This document shows positions 41,781-56,231 of a stretch of 64,000 bases of DNA, one piece after another. The stretch is from positions 192,696,001-192,760,000 of the forward strand of contig OZ024740.1 of assembly GCA_964016885.1 (NCBI GenBank), given 5' to 3'. Every line of letters begins with the position of its first letter. Position 1 is the first letter of the stretch. This DNA is from Eledone cirrhosa (Eukaryota). The notes beneath the pieces are model-generated. The model was given only the letters and a program-made list of their open reading frames with translations, ran no database searches and was not told where the DNA came from. The translations under genes and the position numbers were made by a program.

Positions 41781-42275
41781 AATGATACAAAAATCAAGCA
41801 TATGTCTTGTCTCTAAAAACAGCTGAAGATAGAATTCAGAGAACAAAATCGAGCCTTAATCATTATAAGAAAGTAGTGATTGAAATATATTCATACACAC
41901 ATATTAAAACATAGAACTAGAGACATATCAAAACATAGAACTAGATTCAATCTACACTGAAAGTAAGCTTATATAATTCGTTGAGTATCTTATTAAATTT
42001 AATAAAACATGTAAAACAAAATACCTGATAACGATATGTGTGAGTGGGTGTGTGTGTAACTGTAGGTATATCTTATGCAAATGTGTACGTATGTATAGGT
42101 ATGTGAGCGTGAATATGCTTGTGGCTGTGTGATTGTACGCCTATGTATCAATTCGCGTGTGTATAGGTGTGTAAGTTTGTATCTATATTTGTGTGTGTCG
42201 TTATGTATATGTATATAGTTATGTAGTTATGTATATGTATGTGTGTGTTTACAGACATGTGTATATGTGCGTCTG

Positions 42276-42388
<113 letters not shown>

Positions 42389-42526
42389 TTAGGTGTGTTG
42401 TTTCACCATAGAACAGAACTAGTCATTCCGTATGGTCTATCTCGATGTAATATTATGGAGAGCACTCGACGTTATGCAACTGACCCGTCTTCGTTTGTAT
42501 TGTTGTGGTGTAAGTACGGAGTTAAT

Positions 42527-42853
42527 TATTATAAAATAACAGGAGGCTGGACTGGTGTAATTCCTTAAAAGGTTTATTATACTATGATAATTTCAGTGAC
42601 CGTGTTCAGTATGATATCGGTGACATCATCAGGTATCAAGGGCGGCCGACCGGGTTAGAATCTGCTAAATGTTCGGCCGCCCTCATGTCTTTGATTTTCA
42701 GCCCCATGGATTTTGTCTATTATATTCCTTTGTTATATTTCGAATACCTGATGATGTCATCGGATTCATACTGAACCTGGTCACTGAAATGATCATAGTA
42801 TAATAAACCTTTTAAGGAATTTCACAAGTCCAGCCTCCTGTTATTTTATAATA
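42527..42853. mobile_element. ~327-bp fold-back element whose ~110-bp inverted arms each contain a hammerhead
   Basis: 42527-42636 is approximately the reverse complement of 42744-42853. Right arm reads ATAC CTGATGA ...GAAA T-GATC-A TA GTAT. The spacer holds a GC hairpin agggcggccga/tcggccgccct. Confidence 0.85.
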
Positions 42854-43331
42854 TATATATATATATATATATAAATACATATATGTGTGTGTGGATGTGT
42901 ATATGTGTGTATATGTATGTATGCATGTATAAGGGGGGTGTACACGTGTACTAGCGTGGGAGTACGTGTCTGTGGGCGCCTGCCTGTGTGTGTATGTGTG
43001 CCTGCATCTGTTTGTATATATGGATGTAGGCAATGGAGTGTATATGTATGCTTTTATGTGTGTCTATATCTGCATACATGTGTGTATATATACATGTATG
43101 GACATATATTTGTATACATATATGTGCGTGTGTGCGAGTATATGTTTATACATGTACGTGCGTGTATGTATGTACGCATGCATATATGTGTCTGTGAATG
43201 AGCGGACTTGAACTATGGCAGATAATTTTACACGCCTCCGCCCGCCTACTAGTAGTTTGCTCACCAAATTCGAGTGACGGATGCATCCAGTGGTAACATT
43301 GGACTGGTCAAGGGACGAAATCAAGCCTAAA

Positions 43332-43386
<55 letters not shown>

Positions 43387-43553
43387 TCACATATGCCATT
43401 ATTATTTTCCAAACCCTTAGATTTTCAACATATGATGGATCTTTTATTCCTAAATATTCGTTAATAACCACCTTCTGATATTTTTGAGGGCCACTGTTAT
43501 TCACTTCACTAGAAGTGAAAATCACCTACACATGCATGCGGCCATATATATAT

Positions 43554-43646
<93 letters not shown>

Positions 43647-45486
43647 TGTTTGCGTGTATGTGCGTGTTTGTTTGTGTGTGTGTGTGTTCGTGTATGTATG
43701 TGTGTGGGTGTGCGTGTGTGTCTCTGCGTGCGTAAGAGAGTGCACATGTACATATATACATATATATATGTCCGTGCCTGTGCCTGCACATTGCTCATAC
43801 CGTAGCGAATCGATGAAAATATGTTGATTATATTAGTTGCAGACTTGACAAAATAAATACTGGGATCACTTTGATCAACAAAAATCTTGCAAAGCTATGA
43901 CCTATTTTGGCCATATCCTACTTCCTTGACCTAGAAAATAAAAACCGAATTCATATAGCTAAATATGTTTTGTTTCAAATACAAATTTGATATCCCATTT
44001 TTCTTATAAAGAAATAATATCCATGTCTTCAATACCACTGGGAATAGAGAGAAAATATAGATGGCAATTTCTATGAACCTCTTAAGTACAGTTGATCACT
44101 GTTCCTTTTCTACGATGGATGCAATCTAGATACAACCTGCTATCAGCTCTCATTGTAACATCTTTTCGTAGAGATTTATTAATATGCTGACGTGTTTATA
44201 CTTGTATCTCTATGCCTGTAAATTATTATGTTGTTTCATTAAAATTCCTTTTGTTAATTTTATCATTGAAATATTATGTGCTGTTTATACGGTTTTACCG
44301 TGTTTAGACCTGACTCCGCACACCAATGATCAAAAACGTTCAAATGGTACTGATCCTGTTACTTCTTTATTCCCTACTGTAACATTTCTTATTAACGACA
44401 GTATGGAATAATTCAGATATTTTCCTTAGTATGTTCAGTAGTGTGAGTAACTACATAGGGGCACCGAAATCTCTGGCAATGTACTATCCATCTTAGCTAT
44501 CTGTATTCCAATGTATATCCGTTTTTTTAGCACCATTTGCTTTTTCTTGCACATCAATGAATTCTAGTTCAGTAGAACATTGAACCATCTGAGATTTGTA
44601 AATCGATCGCTTTGAAATAACGGTTATCAAATTTAAACTAGTTAATCCTCTGTGACTTATGGTGCATAGAACTATAGATTAATCGATCCGACAATGTGAA
44701 ATATAAAATAATTATTAATTTGCTACATTAAGGAGATTCGCTCAAATTAATAGTTTCCTGTAAGATTTGATGAATAACAGGTAATAATACGTTCAATCAA
44801 TGGGGTAAATGTGATAACACGAATACACACGCACTCACATACAGAGACATACACTTATTTATATATAGGAGATAGAGAACTTGACAGACGAAGAAACAAA
44901 CCCATACACAATAACACTCACATACATACATGCCTTCCTTTTAGTGAGGCAACTACAGGAGAAATTCGTAGATGCTAGAACAATCCCGACTATATACAAA
45001 TGGTCTCAAATCCTGTAGATTATGCAATAACACAGTATCCACAATAGAAAATTGTGGATACTGAATAATCTCAATAACTATAAAAAATTGCTTAATTATT
45101 CTCGCAATGTTCTCAACTACGTTTTAGAGAATTGACCTCTGTAATATTGTTTAATATTTCCCACAAAAATCATTCTTAATTTATAGTTTTCTTGCCCCCC
45201 TCATAACTATTAGCTTGTTAGGTTTTGCTTGTTTTTTTCCGGAAAAATGTCTCCTTTAGATCATTTAGATAATGATCTCCCCTACTTTGGGGTTCTGTTC
45301 TTTTTCCTTATTGTTCTTTAGTTCCGTTCTGAATAAACATTTTCCGATTCATTTTTATCGGCAGAGGTAGAACAAGTAATTCCCCAGGACTAACGAAACA
45401 TACGGACCTGATATGGCGCCTTAACATTTAATCTCACCCTCCGGCATCAGTTGTTCTATACCTTGGATATATTCATAAACCTATTA

Positions 45487-45543
<57 letters not shown>

Positions 45544-45546
<3 letters not shown>

Positions 45547-45682
45547 TAGCTCCACAACAGTTAGTTCACCATACTGAGGACAAATATTTCACCTTATTCG
45601 GATCCTCAGCTCGATCAAATGAATCCGAATGAGTTGATACATTTGTTCGAGGCATGGTTAACTAACTGTTGTGAAAGTACTT
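45544..45682. repeat. Imperfect ~60-bp-arm hairpin between two (TA)n tracts
   Basis: aagta..cacaacagttagtt.accat..acaaat..attcggat versus atccgaat..atttgt..atggt.aactaactgttgtg..tactt. Confidence 0.75.
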
Positions 45683-45746
45683 CTAAGAAACTCGTCCCTT
45701 GGACTCAGTGCTCTACTACTACGGATGTAACCCACCAGTTCTATAC

Positions 45747-45800
<54 letters not shown>

Positions 45801-46189
45801 CAATACTACACAATGCAATACAATACTATATATTACAGTATAAATTAATATGGTTGTATACGATCGGAAAATATATACGATATGCTTATGTATAATAATC
45901 ATACACGTGCCTCGTGATATTTCTAACTTGTGATTATGTCACTGCTATCTTAGTAACCTTTATTGGTCACATTTACTCACTCGGTACTCTGCTACTAAGC
46001 AACAACTTATATGACATTTTTCGCATGAAACCTTTCCTGGGGATGCTCGTATACATACAGTACAAACTAAGTTTAATTAATAGTAGCACTAACAAATCAT
46101 TACTCATAATACAAGTGATGTATATGAAAGGATATACGATATGTTTATGTGTAATAAACATCCACGAATTAATTCAAGAGCACTGTTAA

Positions 46190-46580
46190 ACTAAGTTTGG
46201 ATCAAGGCAGGGGTATCTACACTGGATAAATCAAGAGGCCATGTGTTGCGAATGGGTTTTAACATCATGTTCCAGCAAATTTGGAAGGAATAGGTTTTGG
46301 AGAATTTGGTCTGTGTGGAATGGAAAGAAGTTGGGGGAGGAGTGGGAACCAGTCAGTTTGTAGATTAAGTATGTAGCGAAGATGTGGAGAGTGTGGTCGA
46401 CAGAGTGAGGGATATCAACTAATTGAACGGAAGAAAATTTGGGGTGAAAATAATTATGGATATAACGACCATAATGCACCGGGTCTAGTGTGTTGGACGA
46501 AGAACATTGCCTCAATGTAGCAATGAAGATATTGACGTAATCCGGGCCGATTCTGATTCTCATAGCTACCACAGTAGCCG
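46190..46580 (-). mobile_element. Decayed PLE RT fragment
   Basis: VAMRIRIGPDYVNIF...YGRYIHN matches the pattern GVAMGxxxGPxYANIF...YxRYIDD. Confidence 0.55.
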
Positions 46581-49454
46581 GTTGGTAATATAATAACTTA
46601 ATTTACACGAGCGTACTATTATTAAGTCGCCCCCTCAGAATTCCACGATAATTCAACGTATCCATTCAGTTCAGTTCTTGCTCGGTGCCTTATTTTATCG
46701 ATGTAGAAATGTTGAAGTATAAATTTGAACTCCACAAGATTTCAATCTCAGATCACACAATGTCCGCCGTCTGAGGTTTTATGGTAAATGAGTAATAAAT
46801 GCTCTAAGAACCAGAAATCACATTTAAATCCTCTTGGCAATCATAAATGCATCTTATATATAATTGAGTATATGGCATATCCTATTTGAGGGTACAAAAG
46901 AGTGTGTATCTGATATGTAGAATATATGTAATATAGACGAGACAATCATAAAGCCTAGATAGGCAACATACAGAAAATTAGAAATAGCTCAGAAAGGTAA
47001 AGTAAAGCTGGTTTCAAAGAACAAATAGATTGGTTGAAGAACAAAGGTAGTGATAAAGTGGATGAGCTAATCTTCCATATGAATGACGAGGAAGATAAAG
47101 AAAATTATAGGATCGAAGAGGTTTAGTGTAAATATAGTAATCTGAGTAATATTAATGGAATAATTAGCTTCATTTCATAGTTATTATAATGGACTATTCA
47201 TTTATTTTGTATATAGAAGGCAATTGTAATGTTATTTGGCTTTTAACAAACGTTGCATATACATGACGTTTAAAACTAAGAGGGCTCCTACTTTGTACAG
47301 CATTATTTGCTTATGATTATTTATACACATTTGCCTTTCGTTCAGAAAAAATTTGAACGACTCTTTTTTTTTCTTTTCAACAAACACGCACATAATTTTA
47401 CTTCCCATGTGTAGACAGACTCTTGTACTGACATATTGATTGAAACGCAAACAAATGCAGACATGTATTGAATTTATCAGACAAAATGAAAGCATTATTT
47501 ACATCTCGATTCTCTGTACTTTTATACAGAATCAGTTTTATGATATCTTGCCCTAACATACTTTACTTTCCAGTAGAAAGAAAAAAGAGAAAGCAGTTAT
47601 TAACATAATGTTAGATTTCTATACAAACTATTCTGTCAATTATTTTACTTTCATTTTCTTCAGTTTTTCTCTCTTTTTTTTTTCTTTCTACATCGTCACA
47701 CCTGGTCGGAATAAATGGATTTCTTATAGATGCGTCTCCTTCTGGATAGTGTAACCTTCAAATATCCGTCTATCTAGTCAGGATAACATACAATCTAAGA
47801 CATATTATCAAACACCAGTAGACCATCTGCAGTCCAATTCAAATCATTATGATCTTTGTATTGCTGGTCCTTTGAGTAGAGCCAGCTTTAGTAAACCTAA
47901 ATAGGAATTGGAATACGATTACATATTCGGCTACACATCTTGTGTTCTTTTAAAAGGATTACCAAAGTACAACATGCTACCATTTCATTCCCATCACATC
48001 ATCTGTATAACTTATTTTCCTGTACTTGCCATCAAGGAAAGTACCATAAAATTGCTAACTAGTTTTACTTTTTTCCCTACATTAGAAAGGAATATATTTT
48101 CTCGCAATTGGGAAAATGTTGCTGGTTATTGATGTATTCAGCTGTCATACTTTAAACAAAATATTACGTCCTGTCCAGAAAATAACGCATATGCAAAACG
48201 AAATATACTTCAGATTATTTATATTAACATTACAACTATCCCAACATCTGAATAACAAAACCAAAATCAAGCATTAGTGTTAAATCTAATAATAGGAAAC
48301 AAATCCTTCCTAGTTTCGGATATTAATATATGAATTATGTCAGATATCAACTCTCAAATTTCTACTGATAGAGGAATAATTTCTACTGATCGCTGAATTT
48401 TCTTTTACGAAATAAGAATACATAATTGGTTTCGCAAACACAAAATCTCGAATTTGTTAAGAACACTCCTTCGTTCGTATTCTTTTAAAGGCACATTCAA
48501 ATTGAAGAGAAATAGGAATTATGAAATTATATAATATTGCATTAAAGTCTTGTTCATTATCAAGGAAATATGAAACCTCACAGCCAGGAAGGGTTAAATG
48601 ATATAATTTCTTTGCGGAGTGATAACTTAGGCAATATTCGTGAATCATCTCATTCATACGACGCAACAACAGAAACGCCCATATGAATACAAAGCCCTGT
48701 TATTATTTAAATTAATCTTTGGAGACATGAACTCAGGAATTTTAATCAAACATGCGATATTTTAAACGTGGTATTGATTCAAAACTACAACAATCTTATG
48801 ATGCCGCTTATTGGAGGTAAGTTACGTTAAGAATATTGAGATATTGATATACAATCTTATTTTATACTTTCCAAATCTGATAGCATTTCATGTATAATAT
48901 ATAGAATTGCAAAGGCAAATACACATAACAGCTACATTTCATATCAAAGTAACCTTATGATTTTATTTGCTTCATTCATCTACATAGAAATTAATTAATT
49001 TAACAATATTATACAAAAATATTTTTGCATTATAAACAGAAAACTAAAAGATATGACTTAGAAACATTTGTTTTTGCACATTAAAACAATAGCATGGTCA
49101 ACAGAAATACAATTTAATCATATTAGAATTTTAATCAATAACTGACTTTGTAAAGTATAACATTCATATTAATATACATACTATATATATATATAAAGAT
49201 ATAAAGGAAACATATTTATGTTAAGGAAGAAAAGGCAAGACCAGAAGACAATATATATTGCACTAACTTGTATGTTATGTTATATACGCATATATGTATG
49301 CATATATTTTATGAGTATGCACATGTGTTTACATTTATGTATGGTTGCATATGAAGACAACTTTTCTTTTAAATGTTTACTATTAAATACATGACTTTGC
49401 CCCAACCCAATTATTTTATTCAGGTGTGTTTCGTATTTCATTATTACCTGGATT

Positions 49455-49880
49455 GGAAAATTCAGTAGATATTCAGACAACATGATTTACGGCATAGAGT
49501 TTATGTCTATTTACGTTCTGTGTTCAAATCCCGCCGAGGTCATTTTGCCTTTCAGGCTTACGGGGTCGATGAAAGGAAGTACCAGTAATGCATTGGGTTC
49601 GATCTAATCGACTTTCCTCTCCCCAAAACTATTGAGCTTGTGCCTAAAGTAGAACTAATTATTACATGGATTCGCAAATTCAGTAGATATTCGGACAAGC
49701 TTTTTGGTGGTATTTTTTCCGAGCATTTGCGTTCTGAGATCGAATCCCACTGACGACACCTTTGAATTTTATCATCTCATGGTTGCTAAAAATATGTATC
49801 AATACAGTACTGGGATTGATTCAATCCCCTTTGCTCTCCCGCTAAATTGCTGGCTTATGTCGAAATCTAAAAAATATTGT
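49455..49880 (+). mobile_element. Two tandem SINE copies
   Basis: 'aaattcagtagatattc.gacaa' opens both units. Core 'ttacgttctgtgttcaaatcccgccgaggtca...ggggtcgatgaaa...agtaccagt'. Confidence 0.8.
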
Positions 49881-51299
49881 TTATCATTTACCTTCTGTTA
49901 GTGACACGAAATATCTCGTGTTTTGTTGGTCATTTAATATAACCGAGAACATGTGCATGTTGATCAGGTTGTATCTCATCCATTATCTCTTGGCAAACTG
50001 GAATACCTTTTACAGGTTTCTTTCATCAAGCAGACAATCGTTATTCTACGGTGTCTGATGATAATGTGTTACTAGTTTTGTGATATCTGCCTGTTACGCT
50101 ACATTTAGCGAACAATACTGCGTCTTTGATTAACATTATAATTTGATGGACTAATTGATATGGTGGTAGCCATAGGTGTGTGTGTGTAATACGTTTGTTT
50201 CCCTTGAATGGTATTTTGAGAAAATGTCTTCTGCTATAGCCTCTGATTCAGTAACCAGATCTGCACAGAAGCCTTTCAGTTGACATGTATTCCTTCTTGG
50301 GTAGACATAACCCGATGCCTTTTTTCACTCTTTTTAACAACGCCACTTAGCAATTGTCAGTTTGCAGGCACGCATTTGAGTTCTGATCTTCTGAGCGGAC
50401 GTCACTTTCTGTCCCTTCAAAGGACACACTATTTCGCCTTACTCTAAGCCACTAATCCATAGCTGAAGCATATAGAGAGTTAATCTTACAACGGAGTGGC
50501 GTTCCGTCCATGATAGTTTCTCGTAATTTCAGACACTTAAAACCGCATGAAACCAGAAAATATCTATTGTGACGAAACCACGACGAGTGTAAACGTGCAT
50601 GTCCTACACAATCATCTGCACTTCCCTGAAAGTGGACTCTAGGTATCAAGGTAGGTGGATCCCCAACAGGATGGCTGACTACTGCTGATGTCTGCAAAGA
50701 GACTGTCGCGATGCAAGTTATTCACGCAAAGTAGCAGCAAAGAGGAAGTTCATTCATTGATAGCTGAAACTTCAGTGTGACAGAAATATCTATCCTTGTA
50801 TGTGCAATTACATTTTTTGTGTAATATATTTTTTTTTAAAATAAAAGTATTTGGTTTGTGTTAGTTTCATATTTCAGTATTGCATTTAATGGTGAAATTG
50901 ATATTTGTTTTGTGTAAAATTAATTCTCGTTTAACAAACAAAGAAACAAACTAACGCGATAGACAATTTATGTGGGCATTTCTGAACACAGTACTATCAA
51001 ATTAGACAGGAATAATTGTAAAAAGCAAGACAACTAAAAAGTGCTTCAAAAATGTTCACAAGGTCTGTTCGATTCTGGTATTTTTATGGCTAAATAATTA
51101 AACCGCAACACACGCATACATATATGAAGCGGGTATTAGAAATACAGATAATATACCTTCTAATAGGCTGAGCATACATCTAAAGAATGAGACCTTCCAA
51201 AATATATTATATAATGCAAAACAAAAACAGAAAAAGATCAGTATATAAGACAACAATCTCATATTTGTTTATACTTTTAAAATAAAGAACATTGATCCA

Positions 51300-51800
51300 A
51301 ACCCTTTTCCATGGTCTCCTAGATACGTTGGGTGGATGGAAGGAATATTTTGATATTCTTAAAGGAGAGACCCGGTTTCAATGCGTGAAACAGAGTTCTA
51401 AGTTGAAGTTTTAGTTGGCTCATCGCAATATAGATGTTCTGGTTTAATGCAGTTTTAATTGTCAGGAATTACAATAAACTCTCCTGGACGGGACGCCACC
51501 CCTTTGCATCACTAACTCTCCTGGTGCTTCCAGTATGCATATTTTCAAAATAAGTGGGTTCGTGGTTTGAAGTAAGGCAAAATGATGTGCCATTTTGCAC
51601 AACCTGCAATCCAATTTCCAGCACTCGGCTGGCTCAAAATTGGTTCACAAGGCATGCACAAGTTCTTCATAATTTACCGCCTTCCTATTTCCCGGGAAAT
51701 CAGAAACCACCGCATAAAAAGGATTCCACGCTTCTTTTTCAACGCCAGACAAGATCACCATAACCGCTTGTCCTGCAATAACAACTTAATCCGTAGCCCC
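51300..51800 (-). mobile_element. Decayed DNA-transposase C-terminus (CMC/Chapaev3-like)
   Basis: LSGVEKEAWNPFYAVVSDFPGNRKAVNYEELV...KLDCRL...YFEN...ETMEK resembles 'EKxAWxSFxxVVxxFLGNxKAxNYxELV...LGCxMS...RFHQDIxxMExRY'. The superfamily label is from memory. Confidence 0.55.
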
Positions 51801-53006
51801 ACCTTTCTCCCTATACAAAGCTAACAACGTTCTGCTTAAGTATTGGAAACAGTTACCATTCTTGTCAAAAGCTAACACAAACTGCTTCATCAGCCTACGC
51901 CTATTGAATGCTGACGTAATACCTTGCTAGGATGAACCAGCGGCCTGTTTAAAACATGTTTCTTTCCTCGATTGTACCAAAGACACAATATAGGAAGGAT
52001 ACCTGGTATAACCCTCTTGAAGACTAAGAAGCAATCCAGTCGTTTCAGGTACTCACATATGATCCAATAGTACTCTTCACACCACATAGTTTCACACATA
52101 TTTTCATACAGCCTTAGATTTTGTTTAGCATCACAGAATGTCCAAATTTACCGTGACAATTTCAGAATTACAACATTGAGAGTGTATTCAAAATACCAAT
52201 TGTCATATGAAATATTTAAAGTGTCAACAAAACATGTCCCACCTGGTTTGCAATATTAGTCACACTAAATCACACTCGGTGTGGGCGTATCTGCATATAA
52301 ATACAGAAAATTCCACAAATATGTGACACCTTAAGGACCACAAATATATGTTGTTTCTTAATATTTAATTGTATAGAGGACATTTCTGTTATCATCTTAA
52401 CATTTAAAACTTTACATGACATTCGAAAACTATGTTTTCAAAGTTATGTCAAGCTCCATACATGGGGTTTCATTTGATGAATCCAAATCCACCCTTAGAA
52501 ATTGTAACAGAGCCGGATACGTTGAAAAATGGACATATGTGTTTATGAGAAATTTTGACGCGATAGAGCAAGATAGATTTCATTTTTTAAATTCCCCCCC
52601 CCCCCCCCCAAAAAAAATACTAGGAAACATGTCTCCCACACCAGGTATCGGAATTCATGTTCTGTGATGTAATCAAAACATTCCTGACATAATAAACCCA
52701 ATGAGCTCTTCATTACAAAAAACATTAAGATGTTAGATGCGGGTTAGTTCGTAGCTATTATTAGAAGATCAAGTGACGCCAGGTGTTGTCGTTCACTTGG
52801 TATATTTAATTCAGGAAATACATTGGCTATATGAAGACGTAGTGATTTGGTGTTGTGGAAATGTTTGACTTTATGTGTATTTTTAATATAAACACAGACA
52901 AACGGACTGACGGAGAGGAGCGCAGACAAGCAGCTGGATAGATGTGTTAGTAGGTGGGTGATTGATGGATAGATAGATTGGTAGACGGACGGATGGACAG
53001 ACAGAC

Positions 53007-53037
<31 letters not shown>

Positions 53038-53038
<1 letters not shown>

Positions 53039-54059
53039 TTTTCTTTATTTGCCACAGGGGCGTACAAAAATGGGACATTACAAGACGTGACGGCAGGGGT
53101 TCTACAGAAAATCTTTAACAATGATAAATAACAATAAACTATATCAAAATAAAACAATTGAAATCCCCATTAGGGGGGGGGGGTAATACTACTGCGGGGT
53201 TGTTTTACACCCAGTGGATAGAACAACCTTCAACACCAGGAGCACCTTTTGTAGGTGTTCCCGTCTTCCCTCTGTTTATCTTCTTCAACCTACAGGTTTA
53301 TATACAGAGAAGGTCCATTCACCCGGGTCATTTTCGCCACATTCACCCACCGTTCACCGAATTTACTTGGGTGTAGCACCTCTTCTGAAGTGGTACTTAA
53401 AGAAGGGGATGAGTTGTTGTCCGGAGAGAAGGGTGCTTGCCCTCAGTCCTTTTAACCTCGTCCACCTTATTACCTCTTTCGCCATAGCCACCAGACAGAG
53501 GAAGACCGTCTCTCATTCATTCTTAAATGAAGGCGGCGGGGTGATCCTCACGATGGACTCGGCTGACAACTAGGTGCGTCCTACGCGTGACAGTAGCTGT
53601 TCGACATAATTCCAGAGGTCGGTCACCCCTGGGCACTGAACAAGTGCGTGCAGAACGGTTTCGATGTCCTGCTCGCATCTTGGACAGGTCATTTTGGCAG
53701 GATCTTTGCCAGGGCGTCCGTACGTGTAGATTTTGTCTCGAACTGTTAGAGCTCCTCGGTAGCACTGCTATGCCAGAGACCTCTGGAAGTTATCCATAGG
53801 CCCTGGAGGGAAAGTCCTCCCGAACAGACTGGTCAGTTCTTCTTCCTCGATGCCTAGAGTTTCCCAGAGAACGTCGTCGCACTTATCTTCCATTAATCCC
53901 CTATAGAATGTCGAAGTAGAGTCTCCGCTGATTGCCGTTTTCGCTTGGTAGAGGGATGTGAGCGCCGGAAGAAACTCAAGGTCCCAGGGCCCATTTTCGG
54001 TCTTTGCTTGATCCAGGACTGCAGCTCTGTTAGTGAGACGAGCTGTGGAAGAGTTGTGG

Positions 54060-54061
<2 letters not shown>
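53038..54061 (-). mobile_element. 5'-truncated Tx1/L1-like LINE (C-terminal zinc knuckle + 3' UTR) inside (GATA)n
   Basis: ...NFQRSLA*QCYRGALTVRDKI...CPRCEQDIETVLHALVQCPGVTDLW. (GATA)n at 53007-53037 and 54062-54093. Confidence 0.8.
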
Positions 54062-54094
<33 letters not shown>

Positions 54095-54479
54095 AGATAT
54101 ACATTTATTAATGTTAAACGTTATTGAAACTACCTTACTGAAAACATTCAACAGATATTAATGTGATGGAGCCTGAATGCAATGAAGTAAGAATAAGGTA
54201 TTTTGACTAAAGAAATATTAGATTATTCATATAATTATTCTGAAAACAAATATTTAATATAATATATTACAAGCACACAACAATACTAGCATCAAATATC
54301 TCACAATATCTGTTTGACCTATATATTTGGACGCACATATTATTTTACAATGAGAGCATTGGAGAGGCAGAAATAAGTGTAGACCAATTCCATGCAATAT
54401 TTCGTTACATCGATACATGTGTCTAAATCAATTAAATGTGTGATATCAATTAAATAGATCTAAAACAAAAAAATGTCAT

Positions 54480-54718
54480 ATCTGTCCCGGGGACTCCGAG
54501 GCGTTAAGCGACTGAGATTACAAGAGACTCCACTAGAAATGACGGCAGTCCATCGTAGGGTTAAATCCACAACGATTGCTTGTACTCATTTGCAGCTGAG
54601 TATCCTGCAGTGACGGGAAATGAAGTATTTTGCTCAAGAACACAATACAGTCAAAGAATTGAACCCACGATATCGTGACCTTGAGTCCACCACACCTACC
54701 ACTAGCCCACGCACCATC
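54480..54718 (-). mobile_element. tRNA-derived SINE (second family)
   Basis: Minus 5' end 'ggtgcgtgggctagtggtagg...gtgggttcaattc' carries A/B-box-like motifs, followed by 'gtgttcttgagcaaaatacttca'. Confidence 0.65.
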
Positions 54719-55655
54719 ATAACTAAATAGATATTAATAATAGATATTTGGACAAATCTCTGACTTTGTACAAGAGGTATTTGTTTAATATATGCTATTT
54801 CTCGAAATCACATAGTAAAACATTGAGAGTTTAATATTACTAGTATTTCATACATAATAGAACATAATTTAAAGTCTACTGGGTTCAATAAAGATATCCA
54901 CATTAAATTATATATGCATGTATATGAGCGTATTAAAAGAAAATATAGCAAACTACTGATATGTGTATGAAGATATCCAAACAAATACAATAAGTATCAC
55001 AGAATCTACAACAGATTTAGCAACACATATAATTCTCATCGAATAAACAATAATTTGTTAATTATCATTTTCTTTTGATATATATATATAACGAGAGAGA
55101 GAGTGAGAGATAAGGAAGAGAGAGTGTTTGTGTGTGTGCGAGAGAGAGTGAGAGAGAGAGAGAGTGTTTGTGTGTGTGAGAGAGAGAGAGAGAAAGTGTG
55201 TGTGTCTGTGTGTGTGAGAGAGAGAGAGAGAGATAGTGTTGTGTATTTATGAGTTACAGCAACATTGTTTCACTGCTAACGTCTCTATTTTGTTAATCGC
55301 TTTACGTTTTCCATTCTTTTTCAGATAAAAAGATCAAAATATTTGCATCACCAGACATTGATAAAAAGGATGTTATTTTAATGCTGTTCCTAAACATTAA
55401 TAGTTATTAAGTCATTAACAAGAAAATGTCGCTAATAAACGGGGTTTCCTCTTTTTAAAAATTAGAGGAAGAAAATATTTGATTACATGTATTCTTAGAA
55501 CAAAATTGAAACTCTGCTTGATTAATAACAAATATTTTCTCTTCTTCAATGGAAATTAATTCACTAAGAACCGTATCAAATTCGCATGGTTAAACACTAG
55601 CAAGCTAATTTATTTAGCGAAGATCAAACATTATTCTCTGCTGGAATATTTCAAT

Positions 55656-56231
55656 ATGGATAGGATACAAGAAATCGTAAAGACAGAGGAAAGTGCAAAT
55701 TCTGAAACTGAAATTCTAATGCTATGTGATATTGATGAGGACGAATGGAAATATTCTACTAATATGGATAGAATACAAACTTTTTCGAATGGAGGTTTGT
55801 CTAATTCAGAATCTGTTACGCAGGAAACAAATTCAAATACATTGGATAAAACTGGCGGTAAAAATATACCATCAAAGAAGCAACGCCGATTTGGTATTTT
55901 TCACACTAAGAACAGAGATGAAAGAGACTATGTGAGTACTATAAATGAACCTGTAGATATCGAACAAATATCAGAACAAAATGATGTTGTCAGAAAAAAG
56001 AGTTGGCTATTATTTAGATCGATGGGTAATATTCCCAATCCTGAGGTCTTTAAATGCAGGCGCTTTCATTTTCGCAGAAACGCAATATGTGACCCTTTTA
56101 ACTTGCTGATGCCTCAAAAACAGAGAGAATTGACGGAAAGGGCGGCGCAAAAAAGGAAAGGCTCCGTTTTCAGAAGAATGAAGATTTTCTTACAAGTTCA
56201 ATTAGGTATCGACGGAGAAGAAGATTTATGA
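55656..56231 (+). CDS. Hypothetical 191-aa lineage-specific protein (single coding exon)
   Basis: The only long non-repetitive, non-TE ORF, with ATG in an A at -3 context. Candidate acceptor ttccattcttttttcag ends at ~55325 and AATAAA lies at ~56399. Acidic N-half, basic C-half with RRNAIC and RKGS. Confidence 0.55.
   Translation: MDRIQEIVKTEESANSETEILMLCDIDEDEWKYSTNMDRIQTFSNGGLSNSESVTQETNSNTLDKTGGKNIPSKKQRRFGIFHTKNRDERDYVSTINEPVDIEQISEQNDVVRKKSWLLFRSMGNIPNPEVFKCRRFHFRRNAICDPFNLLMPQKQRELTERAAQKRKGSVFRRMKIFLQVQLGIDGEEDL

Noticed and set aside
54660-54718. tRNA gene
   Set aside because: Only A/B-box-like head of a SINE; no cloverleaf.
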